In this document: in pieces, positions 37,917-48,215 of the stretch
How the letters are laid out: each line of letters begins with the position of its first letter
Position numbering within the stretch: position 1 is the stretch's first letter
Assembly: GCA_965213675.1 (NCBI GenBank)
Contig: OZ243916.1
Location: 2,048,001 to 2,112,000 of the forward strand
Length of the DNA: 64,000 bases
DNA from: an uncultured Candidatus Binatia bacterium
GTDB taxonomy: Bacteria > Desulfobacterota > Binatia > UBA9968 > JAJDTQ01
Reading direction: 5' to 3'
The notes under the pieces: model-generated
The model's database searches: none
The model's input: the letters and a program-made list of their open reading frames with translations, nothing else
Told to the model about the DNA's origin: nothing
Program-made: the position numbers and the translations under genes

Positions 37917-39383
37917 ATGTCGACGATCGAGACCATGGAAGCCAGACTCCCCTATCACGACCTCCGCGAGTGGATGGCCCGGGCCGACGCCTTGGGCGAG
38001 TTGCGCACTGTCACCGGCGCGAGCTGGGAAGAGGACATCGGGCTCGCCGCCGACGCGGTCATCCGCGTGGACGACGGCCCCGCGGTGCTGTTCGACGATA
38101 TTCCCGGATGCCCCAAGGGTTTCCGCGTGCTCATCAACGCGTTCGCCGGCAAGCGGCGGAACATGACCCTGGGGTTCCCGGAGCACCTCACCAAGCAGGA
38201 GCTGAGCCAGGCCTTCTTCGACCACTACATCAAGGTGCAGCGGCGCCTGCCCCACGTGGTGGTGGACGACGGACCGGTGTTCGAGAACATCCTTACCGGC
38301 GACGACATCGACGTCATGAAGTTCCCGACCCCCAAATGGCATCGGGACGATGGCGGCCGCTACATCGGCACGGGCTGCTTCTGCGTCACCATCGACCCGG
38401 AGGAGCGCTGGATCAACGTGGGCACCTACCGCGCCATGGTGCAGGATCCGAAGTCCGTGAGCCTGCTGTTCGTTCCGGGCAAACACGCCTACATGCACCG
38501 CAAGAAGTATTTCGACAAGGGACAACCCATGCCCGTGGCCCTGGTGGTGGGCAGCGACCCCATGTCGTTTTTCGTGGGCGGCACGGAGTTTCCCTACGGC
38601 GTGTGCGAGTTCGACGTGGTGGGGGGGTTGCGCGGCGCGCCCGTGGAGGTGGTGCGCGGCAAGGTGACGGGGCTGCCCATCCCGGCCAACGCGGAGATCG
38701 TGCTGGAGGGCTTCCTGACCCAGGACAAGCGCGCGGTGGAGGGCCCGTTCGGCGAGTGGACCGGCTACTATGCCGGCGGCGCCAGCGAACAGCCCACCCT
38801 CGACATCCGCGCCATCTACCACCGCAACGACCCCATCATCCTGGGCGTGCCGCCGCTGGGGGCCGGCTCCGACGAGATGGCGCGCTACCGCGCCATCATG
38901 CGCTCGGCCATGCTCAAGCACGAGTTGGTCAACGCCGGCGTTCCCGACGTCACCCAAGTGTGGTGCCACGAGGTCGGCGCCTCGCGCCTGCTGCACGGCA
39001 TCGGCATCAAACAGCGCTACCCCGGCCACGCGAGGCAGGCGGGCGTTCTGGCATCGTCGTGCGGCTCGGTGGTGTACGGCTGCAAGTTCGTCATCGTGGT
39101 GGACGACGACGTGGACGTGTCCAACCTGGATGAACTCATCTGGGCCATGCTCACTCGCACCGATCCCGAGACCTCCATCGAAATACTGCGAAAGATGCGC
39201 ACCTCCCCCGCCGACCCCCGGGTGACCCCGGACCAGCGCAAGGTCCAGGACCTCACCAATTCCCGCGTGGTGGTGGACGCCTGCCGTCCCTACGAGTGGT
39301 TCGACAAATACCCCAAGGTGAATGCGCCCGCCCCCGACGTGGTGCGCAAGGCGCGTGAGAAGTTCGGCTACCTGCTGGACTGA
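37917..39383 (+). CDS. UbiD-family prFMN-dependent (de)carboxylase
   Basis: DGGRYIGT, NVGTYR, EGPFGEWTGYY, VVDDDVD; GGAGG before ATG 37917. Confidence 0.95.
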   Translation: MSTIETMEARLPYHDLREWMARADALGELRTVTGASWEEDIGLAADAVIRVDDGPAVLFDDIPGCPKGFRVLINAFAGKRRNMTLGFPEHLTKQELSQAFFDHYIKVQRRLPHVVVDDGPVFENILTGDDIDVMKFPTPKWHRDDGGRYIGTGCFCVTIDPEERWINVGTYRAMVQDPKSVSLLFVPGKHAYMHRKKYFDKGQPMPVALVVGSDPMSFFVGGTEFPYGVCEFDVVGGLRGAPVEVVRGKVTGLPIPANAEIVLEGFLTQDKRAVEGPFGEWTGYYAGGASEQPTLDIRAIYHRNDPIILGVPPLGAGSDEMARYRAIMRSAMLKHELVNAGVPDVTQVWCHEVGASRLLHGIGIKQRYPGHARQAGVLASSCGSVVYGCKFVIVVDDDVDVSNLDELIWAMLTRTDPETSIEILRKMRTSPADPRVTPDQRKVQDLTNSRVVVDACRPYEWFDKYPKVNAPAPDVVRKAREKFGYLLD

Positions 39384-39444
39384 ACGCCCGGCGCTGCCAA
39401 CGGCCCGTTCAGGGAACCCGTAGAAGCGCCATGGGAATCGATTC

Positions 39445-39993
39445 ATGACAACGGGCGCCGGACGTTTCGCACAAGCAGCCCTCATCGGGGACTCGGACGC
39501 CTCCGACCCGAACCTGGAGTTGGCCGAGCAGGCCGGCGAGTTGCTCGCGCGCCGCGGCGTGACGCTGGTCACTGGCGGCCGCGGCGGCGTCATGGAAGCG
39601 GCGTGTCGGGGCGCCGCCCGCGCTGGCGGCCTCACCGTCGGCATCATGCCTGGTTCGGACGCGCGTTCGGCCAACCCGTGGTGCGCTGTCGTCATCCCCA
39701 CCGGTCTGGGCCACGCGCGCAACGTGCTGACGGCGCTGGCCGGCGACTTCGTCGTGGCCGTGGGCGGCGGCGCCGGCACCCTTTCCGAACTGTGCTTCGG
39801 CTGGATCCACGGCCGGCCCCTCTACGTGCTTGGGGGATCCGGAGGATGGTCCGACCGGCTCGCAGGCGGCGACCTGGACCACCGCATGTCCTCGGTGATC
39901 GTCCGTTGCGACGGCATTCAGGCACTGGAACGCGAAGTCGTGCGCTTCTGTGCCACGAAGGGACTCCGTACCCGGGAGCCAGCGCCGGAATGA
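39445..39993 (+). CDS. LOG-family (TIGR00725-type) protein
   Basis: VTGGRGGVMEAACRGA, TGLGHARN, GGGAGTLSE. Confidence 0.9.
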   Translation: MTTGAGRFAQAALIGDSDASDPNLELAEQAGELLARRGVTLVTGGRGGVMEAACRGAARAGGLTVGIMPGSDARSANPWCAVVIPTGLGHARNVLTALAGDFVVAVGGGAGTLSELCFGWIHGRPLYVLGGSGGWSDRLAGGDLDHRMSSVIVRCDGIQALEREVVRFCATKGLRTREPAPE

Positions 39994-40048
39994 CCTGGGC
40001 GCTTGCGTCCCAAGCATCTCCTCGCTTTCAGATTCCGCAACATTGGGT

Positions 40049-40812
40049 TCACTGGGTGAGCTTGCGCTGCATCAGTCTGGCGGCGCAGGCCACCAGGACG
40101 GTGGAGAGGCCGAGGATGTAGGCGACGTCCCAGATGAGCGTGGCGGACGGCTGGCCCTGGAACGCGGCGCGGGCGAGGCGCACGGGGTGGAGCAGCGGCA
40201 GGCACTCGGCGACCCACAGCCAGGACGCGGACAGGCGTTCCTCCAGGGGAAAGAAGACCGACGAGAAGAGGAACAGCGGCGTCAGGAACAGGGTGAAGTA
40301 GAAGCTGTAGAGCTCGATGGTGCCAATGCGCAGGGTGAAGGCCAAGCCGATGGCGGAGAAGAGGAGGCCCGTGAGCGGTATCACCGGCAGCACCCAGAGG
40401 GCATGGGGCAGCGGCGCGAGCCCGGCCAGGGCCACGACGAGGGCGAAGCACAGCCCGTACATGCACGAACGCGTCATGGCCCAGAGCAACTCGCCGGCAA
40501 CCACGTCCACGGGCTGGATGGGGGTCGTGAGCATGGCGTCGTAGGCCTTCTCCATTTTCATGCGCACGTACACGTTGTAGGTCACCTCGAAACTGGCGCC
40601 GTTCATGGCGGCCACGCACACGAGCCCCGGAGCGAGGAACTGGATGTAGGAGGTGCCGCCCATGGTGGTGATGTAGGCGCCCAGGCCCACGCCAAGGGAA
40701 ACGAGGTAGAGCACCGGCTCGAAGAAGTTGGGCAGGAGGTTCCATTTCCAGGTGCGGCGGTACATGGCGGCGTTGCGCCGCCACACCGACAGAGCGTGCC
40801 GCCAGGACAGGT

Positions 40813-40816
<4 letters not shown>
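40049..40816 (-). CDS. ABC-2 permease (NodJ-like)
   Basis: FFEPVLYL, YIQFLAPG, PLFLFSSVFFP; GTG start overlaps ATPase stop. Confidence 0.9.
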
Positions 40817-41736
<920 letters not shown>

Positions 41737-41764
41737 GCGCCGGCCGTGGGCATGGAGCGGCGCA

Positions 41765-42829
41765 TCAGTTGAGACCGTAGAAGCGGCGCGCGTTGTCCCC
41801 GAGGACGGCCGCCTTGTCTCCTTCCGACAGCCCCGTGTGATCGCGCGTCTCCTCGATCATCTTCCGCGCCGCGGGCAGATCCACCTCGTGGGGATAGTCC
41901 GAGGAATAGGCGAAGGGCTCGATGCCCACGCGCCCGGCCAGGTAGGGCAGACTCGCGTCGTTGCCCTCGCAGCCGATGAGGATCTGGCCGCTGGCGATGT
42001 ATTCGGGCAACGGCTTGCACGACAGCCCTTCCAGCTCCGCGTCCCGCTCCATGCGGTCGGCGATGCAGGTGAGCCAGGCGCATCCGCCCTCCAGGAACGC
42101 CACCTTGAGGGTCGGAAAACGGTCGAACCAGCCGTGGTAGATGAACGACACCAGGGCGATCATCAGCGGGATCGGGTGGTGCAGCAGGCGAGAGCCCAGG
42201 CGGCTGGTAAACGAATCCATGCCCACGCCGCGGTTGGAGCCGCCGTGGATGCCCAGCACACAGCCGAGCTCCGCCGCCTCCTCGTACACCGGCGCGAAGA
42301 ACGCGTGCCCCAGGTTCAACTCCAGGCCGGTGGACGGGAGCGTACCGCCCAAGAGCCCCAGCTCCTTCACGCACCGGCGCAGTTCCAGGGCCGCCGCCTT
42401 GGGATCCTGCATGGGCAGCAAGGCGATGGGATGCAGCCGCTTGCTGATGCCGCGGTAGCGCTCGGTGACGTAGTCGTTGTAGGCGCGGCACACTTTCACC
42501 GCGTAGCTGGGCTGCTGGATGAAGCCCATGGAGAGTCCCTCGGTGGCGTAGAGCACCGAGTCGGTGATCTCCGCCTTCTTGACGAACTCGAAGATGTCCT
42601 CGCCGGAGCCGGTGCGTTCGTCGCTGGCCCGGACCGGGTGGACGCGACTCTGCGCGGTCATCTCCTCGGTCTCGGGGTAGTGCATCCCATCGATGGACGG
42701 GAACACCCCCGCGCGGTTCCGCGGCGGATGCAGCGCGTAGTCCTTGGCATCCGGCGCCATGTACTCGGCCATCTCGGGTATGGATTCGATCAGATGGCCG
42801 TCGGCATCGACAACCGAAACATCGCTCAT
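41765..42829 (-). CDS. Amidohydrolase-2 family protein
   Basis: DADGH, IHGG, FLEGG, SSDYPH. Confidence 0.9.
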   Translation of the reverse strand: MSDVSVVDADGHLIESIPEMAEYMAPDAKDYALHPPRNRAGVFPSIDGMHYPETEEMTAQSRVHPVRASDERTGSGEDIFEFVKKAEITDSVLYATEGLSMGFIQQPSYAVKVCRAYNDYVTERYRGISKRLHPIALLPMQDPKAAALELRRCVKELGLLGGTLPSTGLELNLGHAFFAPVYEEAAELGCVLGIHGGSNRGVGMDSFTSRLGSRLLHHPIPLMIALVSFIYHGWFDRFPTLKVAFLEGGCAWLTCIADRMERDAELEGLSCKPLPEYIASGQILIGCEGNDASLPYLAGRVGIEPFAYSSDYPHEVDLPAARKMIEETRDHTGLSEGDKAAVLGDNARRFYGLN

Positions 42830-42909
42830 GTCAAACCTCCGGTGGGGTCGGGATTCGAGAGTTGGCCTAACACCGGCGCGCCGGCGGCGTCAACCGGCGG
42901 GCTTCGCGC

Positions 42910-43040
42910 CGTCATTCCCGCGGGAGTGGCTGCGTCAGGACTCGGTCTGAACAGGAACCGGCAACAAGCCCCCGAATCGTCATTCCCGCGGAGGCCTGCC
43001 CCCGACCCTTGTCGGAGGAGGCTCTCGCGGAATGACGATG
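42910..43040. repeat. dRS3-like palindromic repeat cluster
   Basis: CGTCATTCCCGCGG at 42910 and 42978, closing CGCGGAATGACG ending about 43037; GGCTGCGTCA end as at 7810. Confidence 0.75.
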
Positions 43041-43080
43041 TGGGGGCAGTTGCCTGATGCGAGGCATATCGCCGATGTTC

Positions 43081-44292
43081 TCAGTCTCTGCGGAGATTCA
43101 GGGGAATGACCATGCACGCGCCCACCAGCAGGCACACACCCGGGAAGAAGAAGGCTGCCATGATACCGAAGCGCTCGCTGAGAAATCCCGCCAGCGTGGG
43201 CGCCGGAACCACCAGGATATGTGTGCCCAGGGACACCAGTCCGAAGGAAGATGCCTGACTGTCCTTGTCCGCGACGTCGAGCGCCACCGTCGTGGTCACG
43301 TTGGCCACCGTGTAGAAGAGAAACCCCATGGCGAAGACGACGGCCCCCAGGGCCAGGCCCGGGGGCGCCCATCGCAGCAGGAAGTAGGTGAACCCAAGAG
43401 CCACCAGCGAGGGCGCCAGAACCACCTTGCGACCCAGCCGGTCCGACAAGACTCCCATGATGGGCTGGGCGATGAGGCCCGACACCGCCATCGGCGTCAG
43501 ATAAATTCCCATCTCGGGGTTGGACAGGCCCAGGTGCTCGACGAGGTAGATGGGCAGGAAGGTAATCGCCACCTGCCGCGCGATCTGATTGAAGCTTCGC
43601 ACCAGCGTCACCACCAGGATCGCCCGGTTTCGCGCCAGCACCTTGAGTTCCTGAAACGGTCTGGGTTTCTTCGTCGGGACCTCGTCGCCCTGGAACATGC
43701 GCGCGCCGTACAACCACACCAGGCCGGCGCACGCCAGCGCCACCAGGAGCTGGCTCTCCGCCAGGGCCTGCCACGAGAAGCTGGCCAGCATGAAGCCCAC
43801 GGTCACGTAGGTGACGGTGTTTCCCAAGGTGGCGCCCATGCCGTAGATCGCCACCGCGGTGCCCCGGCTCTCCGGGAACCGGTTCGACAGCGATGCCACC
43901 GACGCCGGATGGAACAGAGTGGTCCCGGTGGCGAGGAGCGCCACGGCGAAGAGCGCCCAGCCATACCCGGGCAACGTCCCCAACACCCAGTAGCAGAGCC
44001 CCATGCACACCAGCGAGGAAGTCACGATGAGTCCGCGCAGGCGCACCCAGGTATCGGCCAGGATGCCGGACGGAACGTCCAGGACAGCCTGACCGAACAT
44101 CCGCATGGAGGCCAGACCCCCCACCTGAACGTCGTTGAGCCCCATGCCGGCCTTGAGGGCGGGAAGGAGCATGGTGATGAGTTGCATGAACCAGTGGATG
44201 GCAAGGTGAGCCACGGTGATGAAGCCCAGGAACCGGAGGCGTTCCCGGCCCACCTGCGCGGTCAGCGTCCGGAGTTGGTCCAATGCCTTCAT
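43081..44292 (-). CDS. MFS transporter
   Basis: About 12 TM helices, GILAD.W, GVLSDRLGRK, FHPAS. Confidence 0.92.
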   Translation of the reverse strand: MKALDQLRTLTAQVGRERLRFLGFITVAHLAIHWFMQLITMLLPALKAGMGLNDVQVGGLASMRMFGQAVLDVPSGILADTWVRLRGLIVTSSLVCMGLCYWVLGTLPGYGWALFAVALLATGTTLFHPASVASLSNRFPESRGTAVAIYGMGATLGNTVTYVTVGFMLASFSWQALAESQLLVALACAGLVWLYGARMFQGDEVPTKKPRPFQELKVLARNRAILVVTLVRSFNQIARQVAITFLPIYLVEHLGLSNPEMGIYLTPMAVSGLIAQPIMGVLSDRLGRKVVLAPSLVALGFTYFLLRWAPPGLALGAVVFAMGFLFYTVANVTTTVALDVADKDSQASSFGLVSLGTHILVVPAPTLAGFLSERFGIMAAFFFPGVCLLVGACMVIPLNLRRD

Positions 44293-44337
44293 GGGGCGCC
44301 TTGAAAGGAGAGGATGGCGGTGCAGGCCGGGCGCGGG

Positions 44338-45816
44338 TCAGCCCGCACCGTTGACGCCGCGGGCCTGAAGGATCAGTTGCGTCTTCATATCGTGCAGCCG
44401 GGCCTCGAGCCCCACCGGGTATTCGTGCGGGTTCACCCGCCGCTTGATGCTGGCGTGGAAACCGGCCAGCTCGGTGCGGGCGCGCTCCCGGGCCTCATGC
44501 ACCGAGGGAACTTCATAAACCGGCTCCCCGCCGCGGAACACCGGCACCAGCAGATCCCGGCATGGCGTGCCGGCGGGAACGGGCTTCCGGCGGGTCATGT
44601 TCATGGGATCGACGATGGTGCAACCGTCGGCGATGCCCAAAGTCTCGTCGTAGACGGCGTCCGCCACGAAGCGGTCCCCTTGGCGAAAGCGCCGCGCTTG
44701 AAGAATGCCGGGCGTCGACACCTTGATGGCCTGCTCCGAGAGCTTCACCTTGTTGATCCATGCACCGCCGTCGGAACGCACGCACGACAGCTTGTAAACA
44801 CCCCCCAGCGCGGGCTGGTCATAGGCGGTGGCGAGCTTGGTGCCGACGCCCCAGACGTTGATGCGGGCGCCCTCCTCCTTGAGCGAGGCGATCACGTGCT
44901 CGTCGAGATCATTGCTGCCGACAATCACCGCGTCCGGGAAGCCGCCCTCATCCAGGATTTTCCGCGCCCCGATGCTGAGGAAGGCCAAGTCGCCGGAGTC
45001 CAACCGGATTCCCACCATCTCGTGCCCCCGCTCCCGAAGCCTGCGGCCGATCTCCACCGCCTTGCGCACGCCGTTCAGACTGTCGAAGGTGTCCACCAGC
45101 AGCAGGCAGTTGTTGGGCATGGCGTCGGCGTAGGTCTCGAAGGACTCCATTTCGTCGTCGAAGGACAACACCCAACTGTGTGCGTGGGTCCCCTTCACGG
45201 GTATATCGAAGAGCTTCCCGGCAAGCGCGTTGGAGGTCCCCGCGCACCCTCCCACATAGGCTGCCCGGCTCGCCGCCAAGGCGCCGTCGAAACCCTGGGC
45301 CCGCCGCAGACCGAACTCCAGCACCGGCTCGCCACGGGCGGACTGACAGACCCGCGCGGCCTTGGTGGCGATGAGCGTCTGGAAGCAGACGATGTTGAGC
45401 AGCACCGTTTCCAGGATCTGGCACTGCAGGATGGGACCCCGTACCCTCACCAGGGGCTCGTGCGGGAACACCACGGTCCCCTCGGGAATGGCGTCCACGT
45501 CGCAGGCGAAGCGGCAGTTCCTCAGATAGTCCAGGAACGCTGCGTCGAACAGCCGCTCTCCGTCATTGCCGCGCAACTGCGCCATGTAGTCGAGATCGCT
45601 GGCGTCGAACCCGAAACGGGTCAGCACCCCCATGGCGTGCCCTAGTCCGCACGCCACGGCGAATCCGCCCTGGTACGGGTTCTCACGGAAGGACAGGTGA
45701 AAGACCGCCTCTTTCCGGGCTGTGCCCGACTTCCAGTAGGCGTACGCCATGGTGAGCTGATAGAGGTCCGTCAGCAACGCCAGCGAGTTGCGGTAGAGCT
45801 GTTCGAGGGTATGCAT
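44338..45816 (-). CDS. pncB: Nicotinate phosphoribosyltransferase
   Basis: [45 protein letters not shown]. Confidence 0.96.
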   Translation of the reverse strand: MHTLEQLYRNSLALLTDLYQLTMAYAYWKSGTARKEAVFHLSFRENPYQGGFAVACGLGHAMGVLTRFGFDASDLDYMAQLRGNDGERLFDAAFLDYLRNCRFACDVDAIPEGTVVFPHEPLVRVRGPILQCQILETVLLNIVCFQTLIATKAARVCQSARGEPVLEFGLRRAQGFDGALAASRAAYVGGCAGTSNALAGKLFDIPVKGTHAHSWVLSFDDEMESFETYADAMPNNCLLLVDTFDSLNGVRKAVEIGRRLRERGHEMVGIRLDSGDLAFLSIGARKILDEGGFPDAVIVGSNDLDEHVIASLKEEGARINVWGVGTKLATAYDQPALGGVYKLSCVRSDGGAWINKVKLSEQAIKVSTPGILQARRFRQGDRFVADAVYDETLGIADGCTIVDPMNMTRRKPVPAGTPCRDLLVPVFRGGEPVYEVPSVHEARERARTELAGFHASIKRRVNPHEYPVGLEARLHDMKTQLILQARGVNGAG

Positions 45817-46029
45817 CAGCGGCGTGGCCGACCGATCCTGTGTGACCGCCCGGAGGGAACGCGACCGCCAGTGTAGGGTCTGGCAGGCCGGTAATCAAGC
45901 GGCCTGATCAGGCGCGGTTGCGCCGTCCGCCCGATTGTTACACACTCGCCTGCGCGTGATTCGGGCCGCGCGCCCGGTTCGCGGCATCCGTCGAGGCAGG
46001 CGCGACGCCCGCGCCCAGGAGGAGCCATC

Positions 46030-46794
46030 GTGGTCAAGCGCAGGGACAGTCTTTCATACAACGGCGAAGCGGCCAGGCAGGCGCGTCTGGACCTCGCCGC
46101 CGCCTACCGGCTCGCGGTCCGCTTCGGCTTCCATGAGGCCATCGACAACCACTTCAGCCTGCTCTTGCCCGGACAGGACGAGCTGATGCTGCTGAACCCC
46201 TATCCGCTCCACTGGTCGGAGATCACCGCTGGCAATCTTATTCTCGCGGACTTCCAGGGCAACCGCGTCGAGGGGGAGCACGAGGTGGAGCCCACCGCGC
46301 TGCACATCCACGCGCCCCTGCACCAAGCCAACCCGCGCGGGTTTCGCTGCCTGCTGCACACCCACATGCCCTATGCCAGCGCCATCGCCTGCCGTCAGGG
46401 CGGACGCCTGGAGATGGTGCACCAGGTGAGTAGCCGATTCGACGGCGACGTCGCCTACCTCGAAGACTACAATGGACTCGTCCTGGACCGTACGGAAGGA
46501 CACCGCATCGCGCGCGTGATGGGCGACAGGAACGTGCTCTTCATGGCCAATCACGGCGTGATCACGGCCGGCCGAACCGTGGCGGAAGCCTTCGACCGAC
46601 TCTATTTCCTGGAACGCGCCTGCAAGGTGCAGGTGCTGGCAGAAACCGGCGGTCACCCGCTCCAGCGCATCGGCGGCGAAGCCCTCGACCTGCTGCGGCG
46701 CCAAAGGGGCGAAGGCGAGAACCGGGCGGCCGAGCGGCACTTCGCCGCCTTGAAACGCATCCTTGATCGGGACGAGCCCGACTATGCGAGTTGA
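46030..46794 (+). CDS. Class II aldolase/adducin family protein
   Basis: DNHFS, IHAPLH, LHTHMPY, MANHGV. Confidence 0.92.
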   Translation: MVKRRDSLSYNGEAARQARLDLAAAYRLAVRFGFHEAIDNHFSLLLPGQDELMLLNPYPLHWSEITAGNLILADFQGNRVEGEHEVEPTALHIHAPLHQANPRGFRCLLHTHMPYASAIACRQGGRLEMVHQVSSRFDGDVAYLEDYNGLVLDRTEGHRIARVMGDRNVLFMANHGVITAGRTVAEAFDRLYFLERACKVQVLAETGGHPLQRIGGEALDLLRRQRGEGENRAAERHFAALKRILDRDEPDYAS

Positions 46795-46817
46795 TGCCGG
46801 CGCCGCGCGGCATCGCG

Positions 46818-47549
46818 CTACGCTTTGCGCCCGAAGAGATACGCCACGCCGATGCTCACGAGATAGAGACCGATGAGCGGTCCCGCCAGCAGCACCTGCG
46901 AGACGACGTCCGGCGGCGTCAACACCGCGGCAAGCACGAACATCACCAGAACTGCGTAGCGGAAATGGCGCCACAGGAAGCGGTGGTCCCAGATTCCCGC
47001 CCGCGCGAGGAAGAACGCGAACACCGGCATCTGGAAGGTGACGCCGAACGCCACGACAATGCGGAAGAAGAATGAGAAATACTCGGAGACGCGGATCTCC
47101 GGTTCAACGCGCAGGGACCCGTACTGATCGAGGAAATACAGGAACGCCACCGGCAGGACCGTCTGGTAGCAGAAGAGCGCGCCGGAAAGAAACAAGGCTG
47201 TGGTGGCGCCGACAAAGCCCCACATGTAACCGCTCTTCCCGGCGGCGCCGAACACCGGCGCCAGCATGCGCCACGACTGAAGGAAGATGACCGGACTTCC
47301 AGCGAGGACTCCAACGAGGAACGCCGCCTTGATCTGGACGAAGAAGACCTCCGCAACCCCCGTGCCGATAAGGCTCTGCCCCGGTTCAAGCCGGCTCTTG
47401 AGCGGCTCTACCCATATCTCGAAGATCTGCGGAGCAAGCAGGAAAGCCAGAACGAAGGGGACGAACACAGCGGCGAGGGACCATGCCAGACACGAACGGG
47501 CCCGCTCCATCTGGCGCATGAAGTCGGGCAGGATCGGGGCGTTGGTCAT
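46818..47549 (-). CDS. tatC: Twin-arginine translocase subunit TatC
   Basis: AFGVTFQMP, RYAVLVMFVLAAVLTPPDVVSQ. Confidence 0.92.
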   Translation of the reverse strand: MTNAPILPDFMRQMERARSCLAWSLAAVFVPFVLAFLLAPQIFEIWVEPLKSRLEPGQSLIGTGVAEVFFVQIKAAFLVGVLAGSPVIFLQSWRMLAPVFGAAGKSGYMWGFVGATTALFLSGALFCYQTVLPVAFLYFLDQYGSLRVEPEIRVSEYFSFFFRIVVAFGVTFQMPVFAFFLARAGIWDHRFLWRHFRYAVLVMFVLAAVLTPPDVVSQVLLAGPLIGLYLVSIGVAYLFGRKA

Positions 47550-47700
47550 TTGCGAACATTCCGGAAGCCGGCGGCCCGTATTCGTCCGTCGGAAGCGGCC
47601 TTCCTGTGTGTATCAGATCCTCGAATGTCACGCGACGGGATCGGCGCGAACGACCCCGGTGCCCGGGAGAGGCTGAACAGGCCTGGGCGCCTGCCACGCA

Positions 47701-47726
47701 TGGATTCCCGCTGCCGCGGGAATGAC
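47701..47726. repeat. dRS3-like palindrome
   Basis: TGGATTCCCGCTGCCGCGGGAATGAC (ATTCCC-N8-GGGAAT). Confidence 0.8.
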
Positions 47727-47855
47727 CGGAAGATCCTGTGACAATTGCGACGAAACTGTTGAGTTTTGTCAGGATACCGGCTAAGTATGCCAGCTATCCA
47801 CGTCACCCTTAACGCGACGTCAACGGTTCATGTGACGTCCCAGAAGGAGGCATCT

Positions 47856-48188
47856 GTGAAGTTTTCAATGAAATCCGCCAGTTTGGTTGGCAAATCGGCC
47901 GTCGCAGTGGCGGCCCTCGCGTTGCTCGGCGCCGGCTGTACTCCCGAGCATGAGCATCCAGATTACAAAGTGAACGTCCAGGCGGTGGAAAACGCAACCA
48001 AGAAGGCGGAAGGCGCGGGCTCGGGCGCGAATGCCGCCGCCGGCAAGGCCCAAGCCGCGGCCGGGCAGGCTGCAGCGGCTGCAGCGGCGGCCGCCGACGC
48101 CGCCGCCAGAGCCGAGGCTGCCGCGGAACGCGCCGAGCGCGCGGCCGCGAAGGCGGAGGCCGCCTTCGAAAAGTCCATGACGAAGTAA
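47856..48188 (+). CDS. Alanine-zipper lipoprotein (Lpp/OprI-like)
   Basis: AAGGAGG + GTG, signal peptide ending LLGAGC, Ala-rich coiled coil ending FEKSMTK. Confidence 0.75.
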   Translation: MKFSMKSASLVGKSAVAVAALALLGAGCTPEHEHPDYKVNVQAVENATKKAEGAGSGANAAAGKAQAAAGQAAAAAAAAADAAARAEAAAERAERAAAKAEAAFEKSMTK

Positions 48189-48215
48189 GCGAGTCCGCTT
48201 ACTACCCGCTTCGCA

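Noticed and set aside
45817-46029. NAD-related riboswitch or operator upstream of pncB (GCCTGATCAGGC palindrome)
   Set aside because: A single short GC-rich palindrome with no match to a motif I can support
48030-48165. GCC/GCG-rich stretch as a DNA repeat element
   Set aside because: Explained by the alanine-zipper coding sequence
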